A stretch of DNA of 64,000 nucleotides from an uncultured Gemmatimonadaceae bacterium (GCA_963792685.1 CAWBWW010000001.1:882460-946459); one strand, 5' to 3'. Shown: positions 10,117-21,140, counted from the stretch's first letter. Translations and numbers: made by a program. The notes: generated from the sequence alone by a model not told the origin.

Positions 10117-12768
10117 TTGCTCAACAAAGCACGGTATCGCGCGGTGGATAACAGCGGTGCCGAGTCGACGTTGTCGCCGGTGCCGGACGAGACGGCGCTC
10201 ATGAGCCCCGAGCAGAGTGCGCGCGAAGCGCGTGCGCTCGCGGAGATCGTCCAGCGCATCAACCAGTCGCTCGAGCTCGACCGCGTGTTCGCGCTGATCG
10301 TTCGGCACGCGGCCGAGCTGCTGCACGCGCGCGGCGCGCGACTCGGGCTCGTCGAGGATGGCGCGATGGTGATCGCCGCGATACACGGTGACCCCGGCGA
10401 CCTCGCAGTCACTGAGGAGCAGGCATTCGGCAACATCTCGTCCACGGGCGAGCATCCCGTGTGGGAGCGTATTCGCGATCTCGCTCATGTCGGGAACGTC
10501 GTCGCCGTTCCCTGCATCGCGAACGGGCTCGTGATCGGCGCGATCAGCGTCTTCGATCTCCCCGAGCGCCGCTTCGACTCCCACGATGAAGAGCTCCTCC
10601 TCGCGCTCGCGAATCACGCGGCGATCGCGATCGACAATGCGCGCCTCTACCGCCAATCGGTGCTTGCGATGGAGCACGCGAGCATCCTTGCGAGCTCCGC
10701 GCGCAGCCTTGCGATGCACGTCACGCCGGAAGAGATCTACGCGGATATCGAGCGCATCTGCAAAACCTCGCTCGATTCTGACGGTGTCACGCTGTATCAA
10801 ATGCCGTCTTCCGCCAGCGCGCCCGTTCACGTAGCGCTCGTGAGTGGCGCCGGCTCCGTCGTCGCGGCGCGCGCCATCCCGAAATTCTGGAGCGTGACTG
10901 GCGGCGACGTGGTGCGGTCCGGCGTTCCGCTCTTCCTCCAAACGCTCGAGAAGGTCGAGGACGGAGAGCTCAGACAGCTCCTCGGTGAAGATGGCGTGCG
11001 CTCGATCGCGTTCATCCCGCTCGGTGTCGAAGGACGTTTGCAGGGGTTGCTCGTGCTGCGCTACAACACGTCCCAGGCATTCGATACGGATCAGCGCACG
11101 CTGCTCATCGACTTCGGCGGCCACTGCGCACTCGCGCTGCGCAATGCGCTCCTCCTCGAGCGCGTGGAACAGCGCGCGCAGCGTCTCACCGCCGTAGCAA
11201 AGGTGCAGCAGGCCATCTCCGCGGCTGTGTCGCTCCCGGACGTGTACGCGGAGAGCTATCGCGCGGTGGCATCCATCGTCGATGCGCCATGCTTCGTGCT
11301 CGTGCGGTACGATCACCTGCGCGAGACGCTCGTGCCGGAGTACATCGTGCGCAATGGACGCGTGTGCAAAGCGGATGGAGAGCCCTCGGTTCCGCTCGCG
11401 CGCAGCGCCACCCCCGACGACGACAGCTTGGTTACCGCGTACCGGAGTGGCCAGCCGAACGTGGCTACTGTCTCCGCCCAGGTGCAGCGCGCGAGTGTCA
11501 CGCAGCTTCCCGCGATGACCGTCGTCCTCAGCGCCCCCATCGTGAACGGCGAGCAGGTGCTGGGCGTGCTGCAGGCACAGTCGAGCGATCCGGAAGCGTA
11601 CGAAGCGGAAACGGTCGACATCGTGATGCTCATCGCTCGGCAGGCGGGCACCGCGATGGCACGCGCGCAGGCCACGGCCGCGGAGCGCACTGCGAACGAG
11701 CGCGCCCGGGCACTCGCCGTCGCGCTCGAGGCAATGGACCAGCCCGTGCTCATCCGCTCGCGCGACGAGATCGTGCTCTACGCCAACGGTGCTGCGCTTC
11801 GCGAGTACGGATACACGCGCGAGGAGCTGATCGGGCTTCCGTCGCACGTGCTCACGGTGCTTCCCACGATGCGCGCGCACGATCACACCCGCGAAGTGCC
11901 CCGCGAGGATCTCGCCGCGTCGGGCTCGTGGTCGGGAGAGCTGCTGTTGCAGCGCAAGAACGGATCGGAATTTCCGGCGTGGCTGAGCATCAACAACATC
12001 GTGAACGACGATGGCGAGATCACCGCCAGTGTGGTGAGCGCGCGAGACATGACCGAAGAGCGACGCGTGGCCGAGCAGCTCAGACAGTCCGAGAAGCTCG
12101 TCGCGCTCGGCGAGCTCGTCGCGGGCGTCGCGCACGAGGTGAACAACCCGCTCACCGGCATCTCTGCCTTCGCCCAGCTGCTGCAGGAAGAGCGGCTCAC
12201 GCCCGATCAGCTCGAGGCGGCGCAGATGATCAAGCGCGAAGCCGACCGCGCCGTCGCCGTCATTCGCGACCTGCTCACCTTCGCGAGAAAGACGGGGCCA
12301 CGAAGCGTCTCCATCGACATGAACGCGCTCATCGAGCAGACCATGCGGCTCAGCACGTATGGGCTTCGCACCGCTGGCATCGAGATGCGACAGGATCTCG
12401 CTCCCTCGCTCCCCCGCGTGCGCGGCGATGACCGCCAGCTTCAGCAGGTGCTGCTCAATCTCGTGGTGAACGCCGAGCATGCGGTGGCGAACTGCCCTCG
12501 GCGGATAGTCACGCTGCGAACGAGTGCCGCGGCGGGACGGGTGGTCGTCGAAGTGTCAGATACGGGACAGGGTATATCCGCGGACATTCAGAAGCGTATA
12601 TTCGAACCGTTCTTCACGACCAAACCAGAAGGCGCCGGCACCGGTCTCGGGCTGAGCGTCAGCTTCGGCATCGTGCAGACACACGGGGGCATGCTCACAG
12701 TGCACAGCGCTCCGGGTGCCGGCGCCACGTTCCGACTCACGCTGCCCATCGACGAGACTTCGCCATGA
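10117..12768 (+). CDS. Multi-sensor signal-transduction histidine kinase (GAF + PAS sensory domains, HisKA, HATPase_c)
   Basis: H-box …VAGVAHEVNNPLTGISAFAQLL…, N box …LLNLVVNAEHA…, G boxes …VSDTGQGISADIQKRIFEPFFTTK… and GTGLGLSVS. The true start may be the internal Met at ~10201. Confidence 0.8.
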   Translation: MLNKARYRAVDNSGAESTLSPVPDETALMSPEQSAREARALAEIVQRINQSLELDRVFALIVRHAAELLHARGARLGLVEDGAMVIAAIHGDPGDLAVTEEQAFGNISSTGEHPVWERIRDLAHVGNVVAVPCIANGLVIGAISVFDLPERRFDSHDEELLLALANHAAIAIDNARLYRQSVLAMEHASILASSARSLAMHVTPEEIYADIERICKTSLDSDGVTLYQMPSSASAPVHVALVSGAGSVVAARAIPKFWSVTGGDVVRSGVPLFLQTLEKVEDGELRQLLGEDGVRSIAFIPLGVEGRLQGLLVLRYNTSQAFDTDQRTLLIDFGGHCALALRNALLLERVEQRAQRLTAVAKVQQAISAAVSLPDVYAESYRAVASIVDAPCFVLVRYDHLRETLVPEYIVRNGRVCKADGEPSVPLARSATPDDDSLVTAYRSGQPNVATVSAQVQRASVTQLPAMTVVLSAPIVNGEQVLGVLQAQSSDPEAYEAETVDIVMLIARQAGTAMARAQATAAERTANERARALAVALEAMDQPVLIRSRDEIVLYANGAALREYGYTREELIGLPSHVLTVLPTMRAHDHTREVPREDLAASGSWSGELLLQRKNGSEFPAWLSINNIVNDDGEITASVVSARDMTEERRVAEQLRQSEKLVALGELVAGVAHEVNNPLTGISAFAQLLQEERLTPDQLEAAQMIKREADRAVAVIRDLLTFARKTGPRSVSIDMNALIEQTMRLSTYGLRTAGIEMRQDLAPSLPRVRGDDRQLQQVLLNLVVNAEHAVANCPRRIVTLRTSAAAGRVVVEVSDTGQGISADIQKRIFEPFFTTKPEGAGTGLGLSVSFGIVQTHGGMLTVHSAPGAGATFRLTLPIDETSP

Positions 12769-13862
12769 CACTCAAATTGGTGTCCAATGAGAGCGCGACG
12801 CCTTCGCCTTCCCCCGACGATCCGTCGGTGCTGGCGCGCGTGCTCGTCGTGGACGACGAAACCGCGATCCGTACGGCGCTCTCGCGCTTTCTGAAGATGC
12901 GTGGCTTTCACGCAGTCCCGGTGGCGTCAGGTGCCGCCGCGCTCGAAGCCATGCAGCAGCAGCACTTCGAAGCCATGGTGTGCGACGTCCGCATGCCCGG
13001 AATGACGGGGCTCGAGTTGATCACTCCCGCGCTCGTTCAGGTGCCGGATCTCGCGATCGTGATGCTGTCGGCCGTGAACGACGCGATTACTGCGAGCACG
13101 GCGCTCGCGCGTGGCGCGGCGACGTATCTCGTCAAACCCGTCGAGCTCGCGGACCTCCATGGTGCCGTCGTCGAGGCGCTCGCGCGCCGCGCGAGGGTGA
13201 TCGATCAGCGGCGCTCGGAGCAGGCGGCCGCCGCGGAGCTCGCGCGCAAGATGGACGAGATGGAGCGCGATCGGAGCTCGCTGGAGCACCTCACCGTTGA
13301 TGTCGCGTTCTCGGTGATCGCCGCCATGGAGACGAAGACGCCGTTCATGGCGGGCCACTCGGAGCGCGTTGCCACGCTCGCGTCGGCGATCGCGGCACAC
13401 ATGGGACTCGACGAGGCGACGATCGAGGCGGTACGGATCGCGGGGTTGCTCCACGATGTCGGCACGGCGGGAGTGAGCGAGATGGTCCTGGCCAAGGCGG
13501 GAGAGCTCACGACGGAGGAGATGGACCATGTGCGCGAGCACGTGCGCATCGGCATGCAGATCCTCTCCCCTCTCCGCTACCTGGGGCGCGTGCTGGATTA
13601 CGTCTGCGACCACCACGAGCACTTCGATGGACGGGGATACCCGAGGGGTGTTGCGGGCGAGGCTATCTCGTTGGGGGGACGCATCATAGCCGCTGCAGAC
13701 GCTTACGATGCGCTCACCTCTCCGCGCCCATACCGCGAGGCGGTCACACCTGAAGTCGCGGTTGCGACGCTGCAGTCCCGCGCGGGCGGGCTTCTGGATC
13801 CAAGCGTCGTGGCCGCCTTGGGCGCGGTAATCGCACAGCGAGAGGAAACGCGATCCGCCTGA
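12765..13862 (+). CDS. Response regulator with receiver domain and HD-GYP domain (putative c-di-GMP phosphodiesterase output)
   Basis: REC motifs (…VLVVDDE… phospho-acceptor D in …MVCDVRMPGMTG…). HD-GYP signature (…HHEHFDGRGYPRG…). ATGA overlap with the kinase stop. Confidence 0.8.
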   Translation: MTLKLVSNESATPSPSPDDPSVLARVLVVDDETAIRTALSRFLKMRGFHAVPVASGAAALEAMQQQHFEAMVCDVRMPGMTGLELITPALVQVPDLAIVMLSAVNDAITASTALARGAATYLVKPVELADLHGAVVEALARRARVIDQRRSEQAAAAELARKMDEMERDRSSLEHLTVDVAFSVIAAMETKTPFMAGHSERVATLASAIAAHMGLDEATIEAVRIAGLLHDVGTAGVSEMVLAKAGELTTEEMDHVREHVRIGMQILSPLRYLGRVLDYVCDHHEHFDGRGYPRGVAGEAISLGGRIIAAADAYDALTSPRPYREAVTPEVAVATLQSRAGGLLDPSVVAALGAVIAQREETRSA

Positions 13863-13945
13863 GTACGCTTTAGGCTCCGCGCCCAACAGGGTAGCGGGGC
13901 CGCGCGTATGGTGGCAGAGTCCGTCCTTTCACCCGTGTCCGCTTC

Positions 13946-15412
13946 GTGAAGAGAGCTCCACTGATCGTGAGCATCCTGCTCAGCGCAGGATGCGTGGGAA
14001 CGCCATCGGTCGCCGGCGTGGCGGGAACCGCACCGGCGCCCAATAAGGAGTGGTCACCGCCTCCGCCCCCTCGCGACTCGCTCCCTTCCACGCCAACACA
14101 GCTCCCCCCGGATCTCGCCTCCCGCGTCAGCACGCTCACGCTCGGGGACGTCGTCGATCTCGCGCTGCGCAACAACCCGGAGACGCAGATCTCGTGGGCC
14201 AACGCGCGCGCGGCGGCGGCGGCGTTCGGCGGCTCGAAGTCGCTGTACTATCCCACCATCGACGCCCAGATCGGCGTGAGCCGTGTCCGCTCGTCGCCGA
14301 CGTTCACCAACGACAGCGTGCTCCGGCCTTCACTCACGCAAACGAACTACGGGCCGACGTTCTCGGTGAGCTGGCTCATCGCGGACCTGGGCGGACGCGC
14401 CGGAACGATCGAGTCGGCACGACAGGCGCTCATCGCCGCGAATTGGACGCACAATGCCACCATTCAGAACGTCGTGCTTCAGGTGGAGAGTGCGTACTTC
14501 AACTACATGGCCACCAAGGGGCTCGTCGAATCCGAGCGGACGAGCGTGAAGGAAGCGGAGACGAGCCTCGAGTCTACGCAGGAGCGGCAGCGTGTCGGCC
14601 TCGCGACCGTCGCGGACGTCCTGCAGGCGAAGACCGCGCTCTCCCAGGCGCGCCTCACGCTCGAGTCCACGGAAGGTGATCTCCAGACGACGCGCGGTGC
14701 GCTCGCGGCGGCCATGGGGCTGCCCGCCAACGCGCCGTACGACATCGATGCGGCGCCAGCCGCGAATGTTGGGCCGGCCACGGACAGCGTCGACGCGCTC
14801 ATTGCGCAGGCGGTGAAGAGTCGTCCCGATCTGGCAGCGGCACAGGCGCAGTACCGGCAGGCGATCGGCAACGTGCGCGCGGCGCGCGGCAACCTCTTTC
14901 CGTCACTCGAAGCATCGGGCACGGGTGGGCGCACCTACACTCAGACGCTCCCGAGCGGCGCGACAAACTACACGCTCTCGCTGGGGCTCGTGGTTCCGAT
15001 CTTCTCCGGATTTTCGCGACAGTACGCGGTGAAACAGGCGCGCGCGGAAGCGGATGCGGCGCTCGGGCGCGCGGCGTCCGTCAAACAGCAGGTGCAGTTC
15101 CAGGTGTTCAGCTCGTATTACGCGCTACAAACGGCCGCGAAGCGGGTAAATACCGCGGACGATCTGCTCGCCAGCGCCCAGTCCTCCGAAGAGGCCGCGC
15201 TCGGGCGCTACCGCGCGGGCGTTGGCCTCTTCGTAGATCTGCTCACGGCGCAGAGTGCCCTCGCCTCGGCGCGCGCGCAGCAGGTTCAGGCGCGATGGAC
15301 GTGGCAGACATCGCTTGCCCAGCTCGCGCACGATACTGGCGTGCTCGACACCAGCGGTGGCGCCAACATTCGCGTTACTCCCGACACCACACGAGAGGCA
15401 CCACCGAAATGA
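13946..15412 (+). CDS. TolC-like outer-membrane efflux protein (OMF family)
   Basis: Signal/lipobox-like N-terminus; two internal repeats of coiled-coil plus beta-strand character typical of OMF. Adjacent to MFP and RND genes. Confidence 0.7.
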   Translation: MKRAPLIVSILLSAGCVGTPSVAGVAGTAPAPNKEWSPPPPPRDSLPSTPTQLPPDLASRVSTLTLGDVVDLALRNNPETQISWANARAAAAAFGGSKSLYYPTIDAQIGVSRVRSSPTFTNDSVLRPSLTQTNYGPTFSVSWLIADLGGRAGTIESARQALIAANWTHNATIQNVVLQVESAYFNYMATKGLVESERTSVKEAETSLESTQERQRVGLATVADVLQAKTALSQARLTLESTEGDLQTTRGALAAAMGLPANAPYDIDAAPAANVGPATDSVDALIAQAVKSRPDLAAAQAQYRQAIGNVRAARGNLFPSLEASGTGGRTYTQTLPSGATNYTLSLGLVVPIFSGFSRQYAVKQARAEADAALGRAASVKQQVQFQVFSSYYALQTAAKRVNTADDLLASAQSSEEAALGRYRAGVGLFVDLLTAQSALASARAQQVQARWTWQTSLAQLAHDTGVLDTSGGANIRVTPDTTREAPPK

Positions 15413-16532
15413 TCCGTCGTCCCTCGCTCGCCCTCGCTACTGCAGCCGTTATGGCGACCACGCTTCTCGCATGCGCGAAGAAGGCGCCGCCACCCGTTGC
15501 CGCGGTGCCCGTGACCGTCGGCAAGGCGGAGCTGCGAACCGTGCCCTATACGCTCGAGGCGAACGGCACCGTCGAGCCCATGCAGACCGTCGCGATCCAG
15601 CCGCAGGTGGGCGGGATGATCACCAAGATCTTCTTCAAGGAAGGAGACGAGGTGACGGAGGGGCAGCCGCTCTTCGAGATCGATCCCCGCACGTACCAGG
15701 CGTCCTTTGAGCAGGCGCAGGCGGTGGTCGAGCGCGACCGCGCGCAGCTCGCGAGCGCAAACTCTGATGTGAGCCGCTACAGCGCCCTGGTGGAGAAGAA
15801 CTACGTCACGTCGCAGCAAATGGAGCAGGTGAAGACCACGGCGGCCGCGCTCAAGGCGACTCTCGCGGCTGACGAGGCGCTCGCGCAGCAGACGAAGCTC
15901 AACCTGCAGTACGCGACCATTCGCTCGCCGATCTCCGGGCGCGCCGGCAGTCTGCAGGTGCGCGTCGGATATCTCGCGAAGGTGCCGGCGACGACGCCGC
16001 TCGTCACGATAAATCAGATCCATCCGATTCTCGTGCGCTTCGCCGTACCGGCTGCGAGCCTGCAGCGCATTCGCCAGTACGCCTCTACGACGCTGCCCGT
16101 CACCGCGCGCCCCGCGAGCTCGACGGGCATCTCGAGCACGGGCAAGCTCTCGTTCGTCGACAACGCGATCGATACGACCACCGGCACCATCCTTCTCAAG
16201 GGCACCTTCGACAACAAGGATGGCGCGCTTTGGCCCGGCGAGTTCGTGACGGCAAAGCTGCGAGCTCTTCCAGCAGCAGAACGCGATCACCGTCCCGACG
16301 CAGGCAGTCGTCGAAGGACAGAACGGAAATTTTCTCTTCGTCATAAACGCGGACAGCACCGCGACGCAGCGTGAGATCACGATCGACCGCGCCGCGGGCG
16401 ATTTCACCATCATCTCACAGGGCGTGAAGCCCGGCGAGCAGGTGGTGACCGATGGGCAGTTGCGACTCAATACGGGAACCAAGGTCCAGATCAAACCGCC
16501 CACCGGCGGAGATCAACAGAGGGCAGGATGAG
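15409..16532 (+). CDS. RND efflux membrane fusion protein (periplasmic adaptor); one apparent frame break near 16250-16262
   Basis: Lipoyl/biotinyl-like hairpin region (…GTVEPMQTVAIQPQVGGMITKIFFKEGDEVTEGQPLFEIDPRTYQ…). The C-terminal …ELFQQQNAITVPTQAVVEGQNGNFLFVINADSTATQREITI… reads in another frame and ends at 16530-16532, overlapping the pump start. Confidence 0.7.
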
Positions 16533-19500
16533 TATCTCCGAGCTGTTCATCAAGCGCCCCGTCATGACGACACTCGTCATGGCGGGCATTCTTCTCTTCG
16601 GCATCGTCTCCTACCGCGGCCTCGCGGTGAGCGATCTGCCCACGGTCGATTATCCGACCGTCTCCGTGAACGCGTCGCTCCCCGGCGCGAGCCCCGAGAC
16701 GATGGCGTCATCCGTCGCGACGCCGCTCGAGAAGCAGTTCTCGACGATCGCCGGCATCGATGCCATGACATCACAGAGCGCGCTCGGCACCACGAGCATC
16801 ACGCTGCAGTTCGCACTTGACCGCAACATCGACGCGGCCGCGGCGGACGTGCAGGCGGCGATCTCGCAGACGCTGCGCCAGCTGCCGCAGAACATCGTGC
16901 CGCCGTCGTACCAGAAGGTCGATCCGTCCGCCGCTCCGATTCTCTACTTCGCGCTGCGCTCGACGTCGCTGCCGCTGTCGCAGCTCGACGAATATGCCGA
17001 GACGTTCCTCGCGCAGCGCATCTCGATGGTCTCGGGCGTCGCGCAGGTGCAGGTCTACGGCTCGCAGAAGTACGCGGTGCGCATCCAGCTCGACCCGCAG
17101 GCGATGGCGACGCGCAAGATCGGCATCGACGAAGTCGCCAACGCCGTCAACACGGGGAACGTCAATCTGCCCACGGGCGTGCTGTGGGGAACGGACAAGG
17201 CGTACACCGTGCAGGCCAACGGCCAGCTCTCGAACGCGAAGGACTTCCGCCCGCTGATCGTCGCGTACCGCAACGGCGCGCCGGTGCGCCTCGAGGACAT
17301 CGGCACCGTCATCGATGGCGTGCAGGACAACAAGGTCGCGAGCTGGTACAACGGGCAGCGCGCCATCGTCCTCGCCGTCCAGCGGCAGCCGGGCACGAAC
17401 ACCGTCGAGGTGGCGAAGCTCGTGAAAGCCTCGATGGCGCAGATGGAGAGCCAGTTCCCAGGCTCCGTCACGGTCGAGACGCTCTACGACAGGTCGATCA
17501 CGATCGAGCAGTCGGTGACGACGTGAAGTTCACGCTCATGCTCACGCTGTTCCTCGTCGTGCTCGTGATCTTCATCTTCCTTCGCAATCTCTCCGCGACG
17601 ATCATCCCGAGCCTGGCGCTGCCGATGTCGCTCGTCGGCACGTTCGCGGTGATGTACCTGCTCGACTACAGCCTCGACAATCTCTCGCTGATGGCGCTGA
17701 CGCTGTCGGTCGGCTTCGTCGTCGACGACGCGATCGTCATGCTCGAGAACATCGTCCGTCACATGGAGAAGGGCGAAGCCAGTGTTCGAGGCGGCGCTCG
17801 TCGGCTCGCGCGAGATCGGCTTCACGATTCTCTCGATGACGCTCTCGCTCGTGGCGGTGTTCATCCCGGTGCTGTTCATGGGCGGCATCGTCGGCCGGCT
17901 GTTCCACGAATTCGCGGTGACGATCGGCGCGGCGATCCTCGTGTCGGGCTTCGTGTCGCTGACGCTCACGCCGATGTTGTGCAGCCGCTTCCTCAAGCCG
18001 CATCACGAGCGAGAAGCGCAACCGCTTCTTCGAGGTCACCGAAGGCGCGTACAACGCGACACTCGGCTTCTACGAGCGCACGCTCCGACGGGTGATGGAC
18101 CACCGTCCGCTGGCGCTCGCCTTCTCCGCTCTGATCCTCCTCGGCACCGGCCTGCTGTTCGTCGTCGTGCCAAAAGGATTTCTGCCGAGCGAGGATACGT
18201 CGCAGCTGAGCGCCTCCACCGAGACCGAACAAGGCACCTCGTTCGACGCGATGATGCGAGCACCAGAAGCAGCTCGCGGCGATCGTGCAGGCCGATCCGA
18301 ACATCGAAGGATTCATGTCGTCCGATCGGTGCGAGCGGACGCAATCCGACGATCAATCAGGGACGCTTCTTCATGCATCTGAAGGATCCGTCCAAGCGCG
18401 TCGCTCGACGCCGACGCAGTCGCCCGGGAGCTCACGCAGAAGCTCTCGCGTAATTCCGGGCACGCGCGTCTTCATCACGAATCCGCCGCCGATCAACATC
18501 GGTGGCCGCTCGAGCCGGAGTCTGTACCAGTTCACGCTGCAGGCCACCGACATCGCCACGCTGTATCACTACGCGCGCTATCATGGAAGCGAAGATGCGG
18601 GCGCTTCCCGGGCTCGCCGATGTCAACAGCGATCTGCAGATCAAGAATCCGCAGGTACAGGTCGACATCGATCGCGACCGCGCATCCGTCACTCGGCGTA
18701 ACCGCGAACTCGCTCGAGGACGCGCTCTACAACGCGTACGGCGCGCGGCAGGTCTCGACCATCTACACGCCCAACAATCAGTACTGGGTGGTGATGGAGC
18801 TCGAGCCGCAGTACCAGAAGAGCCTCGATGCGCTCGGGCTGCTGTACGTGCACTCCGCCACCGGCGACCTCGTTCCTTTCAGCTCGCTCGCGAAGGTGTC
18901 GCCGAGCACGGGGCCGGCGACGGTGAACCACTCCGGGCAGCTCCCGTCGGTGACGCTGTCGTTCAACCTGCAGCCCGGCGTCGCAATCGGCTCGGCTGTG
19001 GCCGAGGTGAACAAGCTCGCTGCGCAGACGCTGCCGTCGAGTGTCACGACGGCGTTCTCCGGAACCGCGCAGGCGTTCCAGGACGCGCAGCAGGGACTGC
19101 TCGTGCTGCTGGTGCTCGCCATCCTGATCATCTACATCGTGCTCGGCATTCTCTACGAGAGCTTCGTCCACCCGATCACGATTCTCACCGGACTTCCGTT
19201 CGCGGGTTTCGGCGCGCTGCTCACGCTCTGGATCTTCCACATGGAGCTGAGCGTCTATGCCTTCGTCGGCATCATCATGCTGATCGGGCTCGTGAAGAAG
19301 AACGCCATCATGATGATCGACTTCGCGATCGAGGCGGAGCGCAACGAGGGGAAATCGGCACGGGAGGCCATTCTCGAAGCCTGCAGCGTACGTTTCCGTC
19401 CGATCATGATGACCACGATGGCCGCCCTGATGGGTACGCTTCCGATCGCGCTCGGCGCGGGTGCCGGCGCCGAGTCCAGGCGCCCGCTGGGCGTGGCCGT

Positions 19501-19669
19501 GGTGGGCGGGCTCGCCTTCTCGCAGATCATCACGCTGTACGTCACGCCGGTGTTCTACACGTACCTCGATGCGTTCCAGAAGCGGTTCGAGCGGGCGGAG
19601 CATCGCAACGAGGAGCGTGTACATGGTGGGCTCGCCGGTCATACGCCGCTCCCGGCGGGTGGGGACTAG
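16528..19669 (+). pseudogene. RND multidrug efflux transporter (AcrB/HAE1-like, ~1045 codons) split into at least 8 frame-shifted segments. Either a decaying pseudogene or an error-dense stretch of the assembly.
   Basis: Colinear AcrB-like segments found in ORFs 16528..17526, 17523.., 17782.., 18092.., 18285.. and 18620..19669 (e.g. …[23 protein letters not shown]…, …GIIMLIGLVKKNAIMMIDFAIEAE…). Breaks at ~17520, 17790, 18010, 18270, 18340, 18400, 18560 and 18690. Confidence 0.7.
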
Positions 19670-19695
19670 CCACTCACCGGCGGTCCCATGGGGGG

Positions 19696-19725
19696 CTGCT
19701 GCTTGACGTTTCTTTCGATCCGTAG
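19696..19725 (+). promoter_or_regulatory. Candidate sigma-70-type promoter (TTGACG … TAGTAT) for the histone-like gene, followed by two TTCCGCGG(A/T) palindromic sites (19744-19755, 19771-19782)
   Basis: Hexamers read from the sequence; the spacing is short (14-17 depending on the -35 choice), so this is weak. The gene has a strong SD (aaaGGAGGcaaggATG) at 19864-19881. Confidence 0.3.
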
Positions 19726-19878
19726 TATTGGGGTGTTTCCGCGGAACACTCGCTATGCTTCCGCGGTTCGTATCCGGTCGTAAGGCATGCGAACTGCAGC
19801 CTGCGCCCAAATACGGATGTGGATGAAGCCTTTCCTACGTCTAGAGCTTCGTGATCAATAACATGAAAGGAGGCAAGG

Positions 19879-20490
19879 ATGCCGCGTGGTGATGAGTACA
19901 ACGAGAAGCTCTACCTGTCGGAGCACGACGACGACGAAGAGGATCTGGGATACGGCGGCGGCGGCGCGTCCTACGACGACGATGACGAGGAGGAAGGCAG
20001 TGGCTGGGGGATGACCAAGACCACCGGCGAGGATCTGTGGGACAGCACGGACGACGAAGAAGATGAGGACGGCGAAACGCCGACCGTCATCGTCGAGGAA
20101 GAGGAGGAGGACAATGTCGCTCCTCTGACGTCGGCCCGGGCGTCGCGTGCAGCGAGCAAGGCGGAGCGGCAGGAGGCGAAGAACAACGCTGCGGCGGCCG
20201 GAAACGGCAACGCGGGCTCGTCATCGGGCGCACCAGCGGCGAAGAACGCGACCAAGTCTGCTGCTCCGGCCAAGAAGGCGGCGAAGTCGGCTCCGCCCCC
20301 CGCGAAGAAGAGCGCCGCCAAGGCTCCCGCGGCCAAGAAGGCACCGGCCAAGAAGGCGCCGGCGAAGAAGGCCGCGGTGAAGAAGGGCGCGGCAGCGAAG
20401 GGCGGGGCCAAGAAGGCGTCCGCCAAGAAGGCTCCGGCCAAGAAGGGTGGTGCCAAGAAGGCGGCAAAGAAGGCGACACGGCGCAAATAG
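19879..20490 (+). CDS. Histone-H1-like / AlgP-like nucleoid-associated protein: very acidic N-terminal domain (D/E-rich) followed by a lysine/alanine-rich basic tail of AKKA/PAKK repeats
   Basis: …[27 protein letters not shown]… then …[68 protein letters not shown]…. Strong RBS; intrinsic terminator downstream. Confidence 0.6.
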   Translation: MPRGDEYNEKLYLSEHDDDEEDLGYGGGGASYDDDDEEEGSGWGMTKTTGEDLWDSTDDEEDEDGETPTVIVEEEEEDNVAPLTSARASRAASKAERQEAKNNAAAAGNGNAGSSSGAPAAKNATKSAAPAKKAAKSAPPPAKKSAAKAPAAKKAPAKKAPAKKAAVKKGAAAKGGAKKASAKKAPAKKGGAKKAAKKATRRK

Positions 20491-20515
20491 TTCGTCAGCT
20501 CGTGGTGCAGTGAAC

Positions 20516-20556
20516 ACGGCGGGAAGTGCGAATGCGCTTCCCGCCGTGTTCGTTCG
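20516..20556 (+). terminator. Rho-independent terminator (11-bp perfect stem ACGGCGGGAAG/CTTCCCGCCGT, 10-nt loop, U-rich tail GTTCGTTCG)
   Basis: Seen directly in the sequence. Confidence 0.55.
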
Positions 20557-20573
20557 CCCTATATTGATGTCCC

Positions 20574-21119
20574 ATGGCCGAATCGCCTGTCCCACTCCTC
20601 CGCGCGCACTCGCGGCACGCGCCGTGGAACTCGCGCGGCCTCGCGGCGCACGCCACCGCTCTGGTCGACGCCGCCGGAATGCGCCCCACGAATGGCGCCG
20701 CACGCGCGGAGCCGAGCGCGCGAGCCGTGCGCTTCTACGTGTCGACGGGGCTGCTCGATCACCCGGACGGCACGGGCACGGCGGCGACGTACGGCTACCG
20801 CCACCTCCTCCAGCTCCTCTTCATCAAGATTCGCCAGCGCGAAGGACTCACGCTGGAGAAGATCAAGGTCGAGGTCACGGGCCTCACGGGCGACGCCCTC
20901 GAGCGCCGCGTCGCCTCCTCCCTCGCCCCAGCACTGGGCGCCAGAGCCGACGGCGTCGTGGCCGACAACGGCGCCCATGACGCCGTCTGGCACCGCGTCC
21001 AGGTGGCCGAGGGCATCGAGCTCCACGTCCGCGACGACTCCCCGGCCTCGAGCGAGGAAGCGGTAGTAGCGATGCGCGAGGCAGTACGCGCGGCATTGGG
21101 GCGCGCAGATATTCGCTGA
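20574..21119 (+). CDS. MerR-family transcriptional regulator (HTH)
   Basis: …RAVRFYVSTGLLDHP…YGYRHLLQLLFIKIRQREGLTLEKIKVEV… matches the MerR HTH/wing and start of the coiled coil. The exact N-terminus is uncertain. Confidence 0.5.
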   Translation: MAESPVPLLRAHSRHAPWNSRGLAAHATALVDAAGMRPTNGAARAEPSARAVRFYVSTGLLDHPDGTGTAATYGYRHLLQLLFIKIRQREGLTLEKIKVEVTGLTGDALERRVASSLAPALGARADGVVADNGAHDAVWHRVQVAEGIELHVRDDSPASSEEAVVAMREAVRAALGRADIR

Positions 21120-21140
21120 GGGCGCGCAAAGAGACACAAA

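Noticed and set aside
10060-12480. 806-aa minus-strand ORF
   Set aside because: Antisense shadow of the histidine kinase gene; arginine-rich with no domain signatures. High GC suppresses stop codons on the opposite strand.
20200-20490. Highly regular short repeats that could be mistaken for a CRISPR or tandem-repeat array
   Set aside because: They are in-frame AKKA/PAKK codon repeats of the histone-like protein. There are no spacers and no cas genes.
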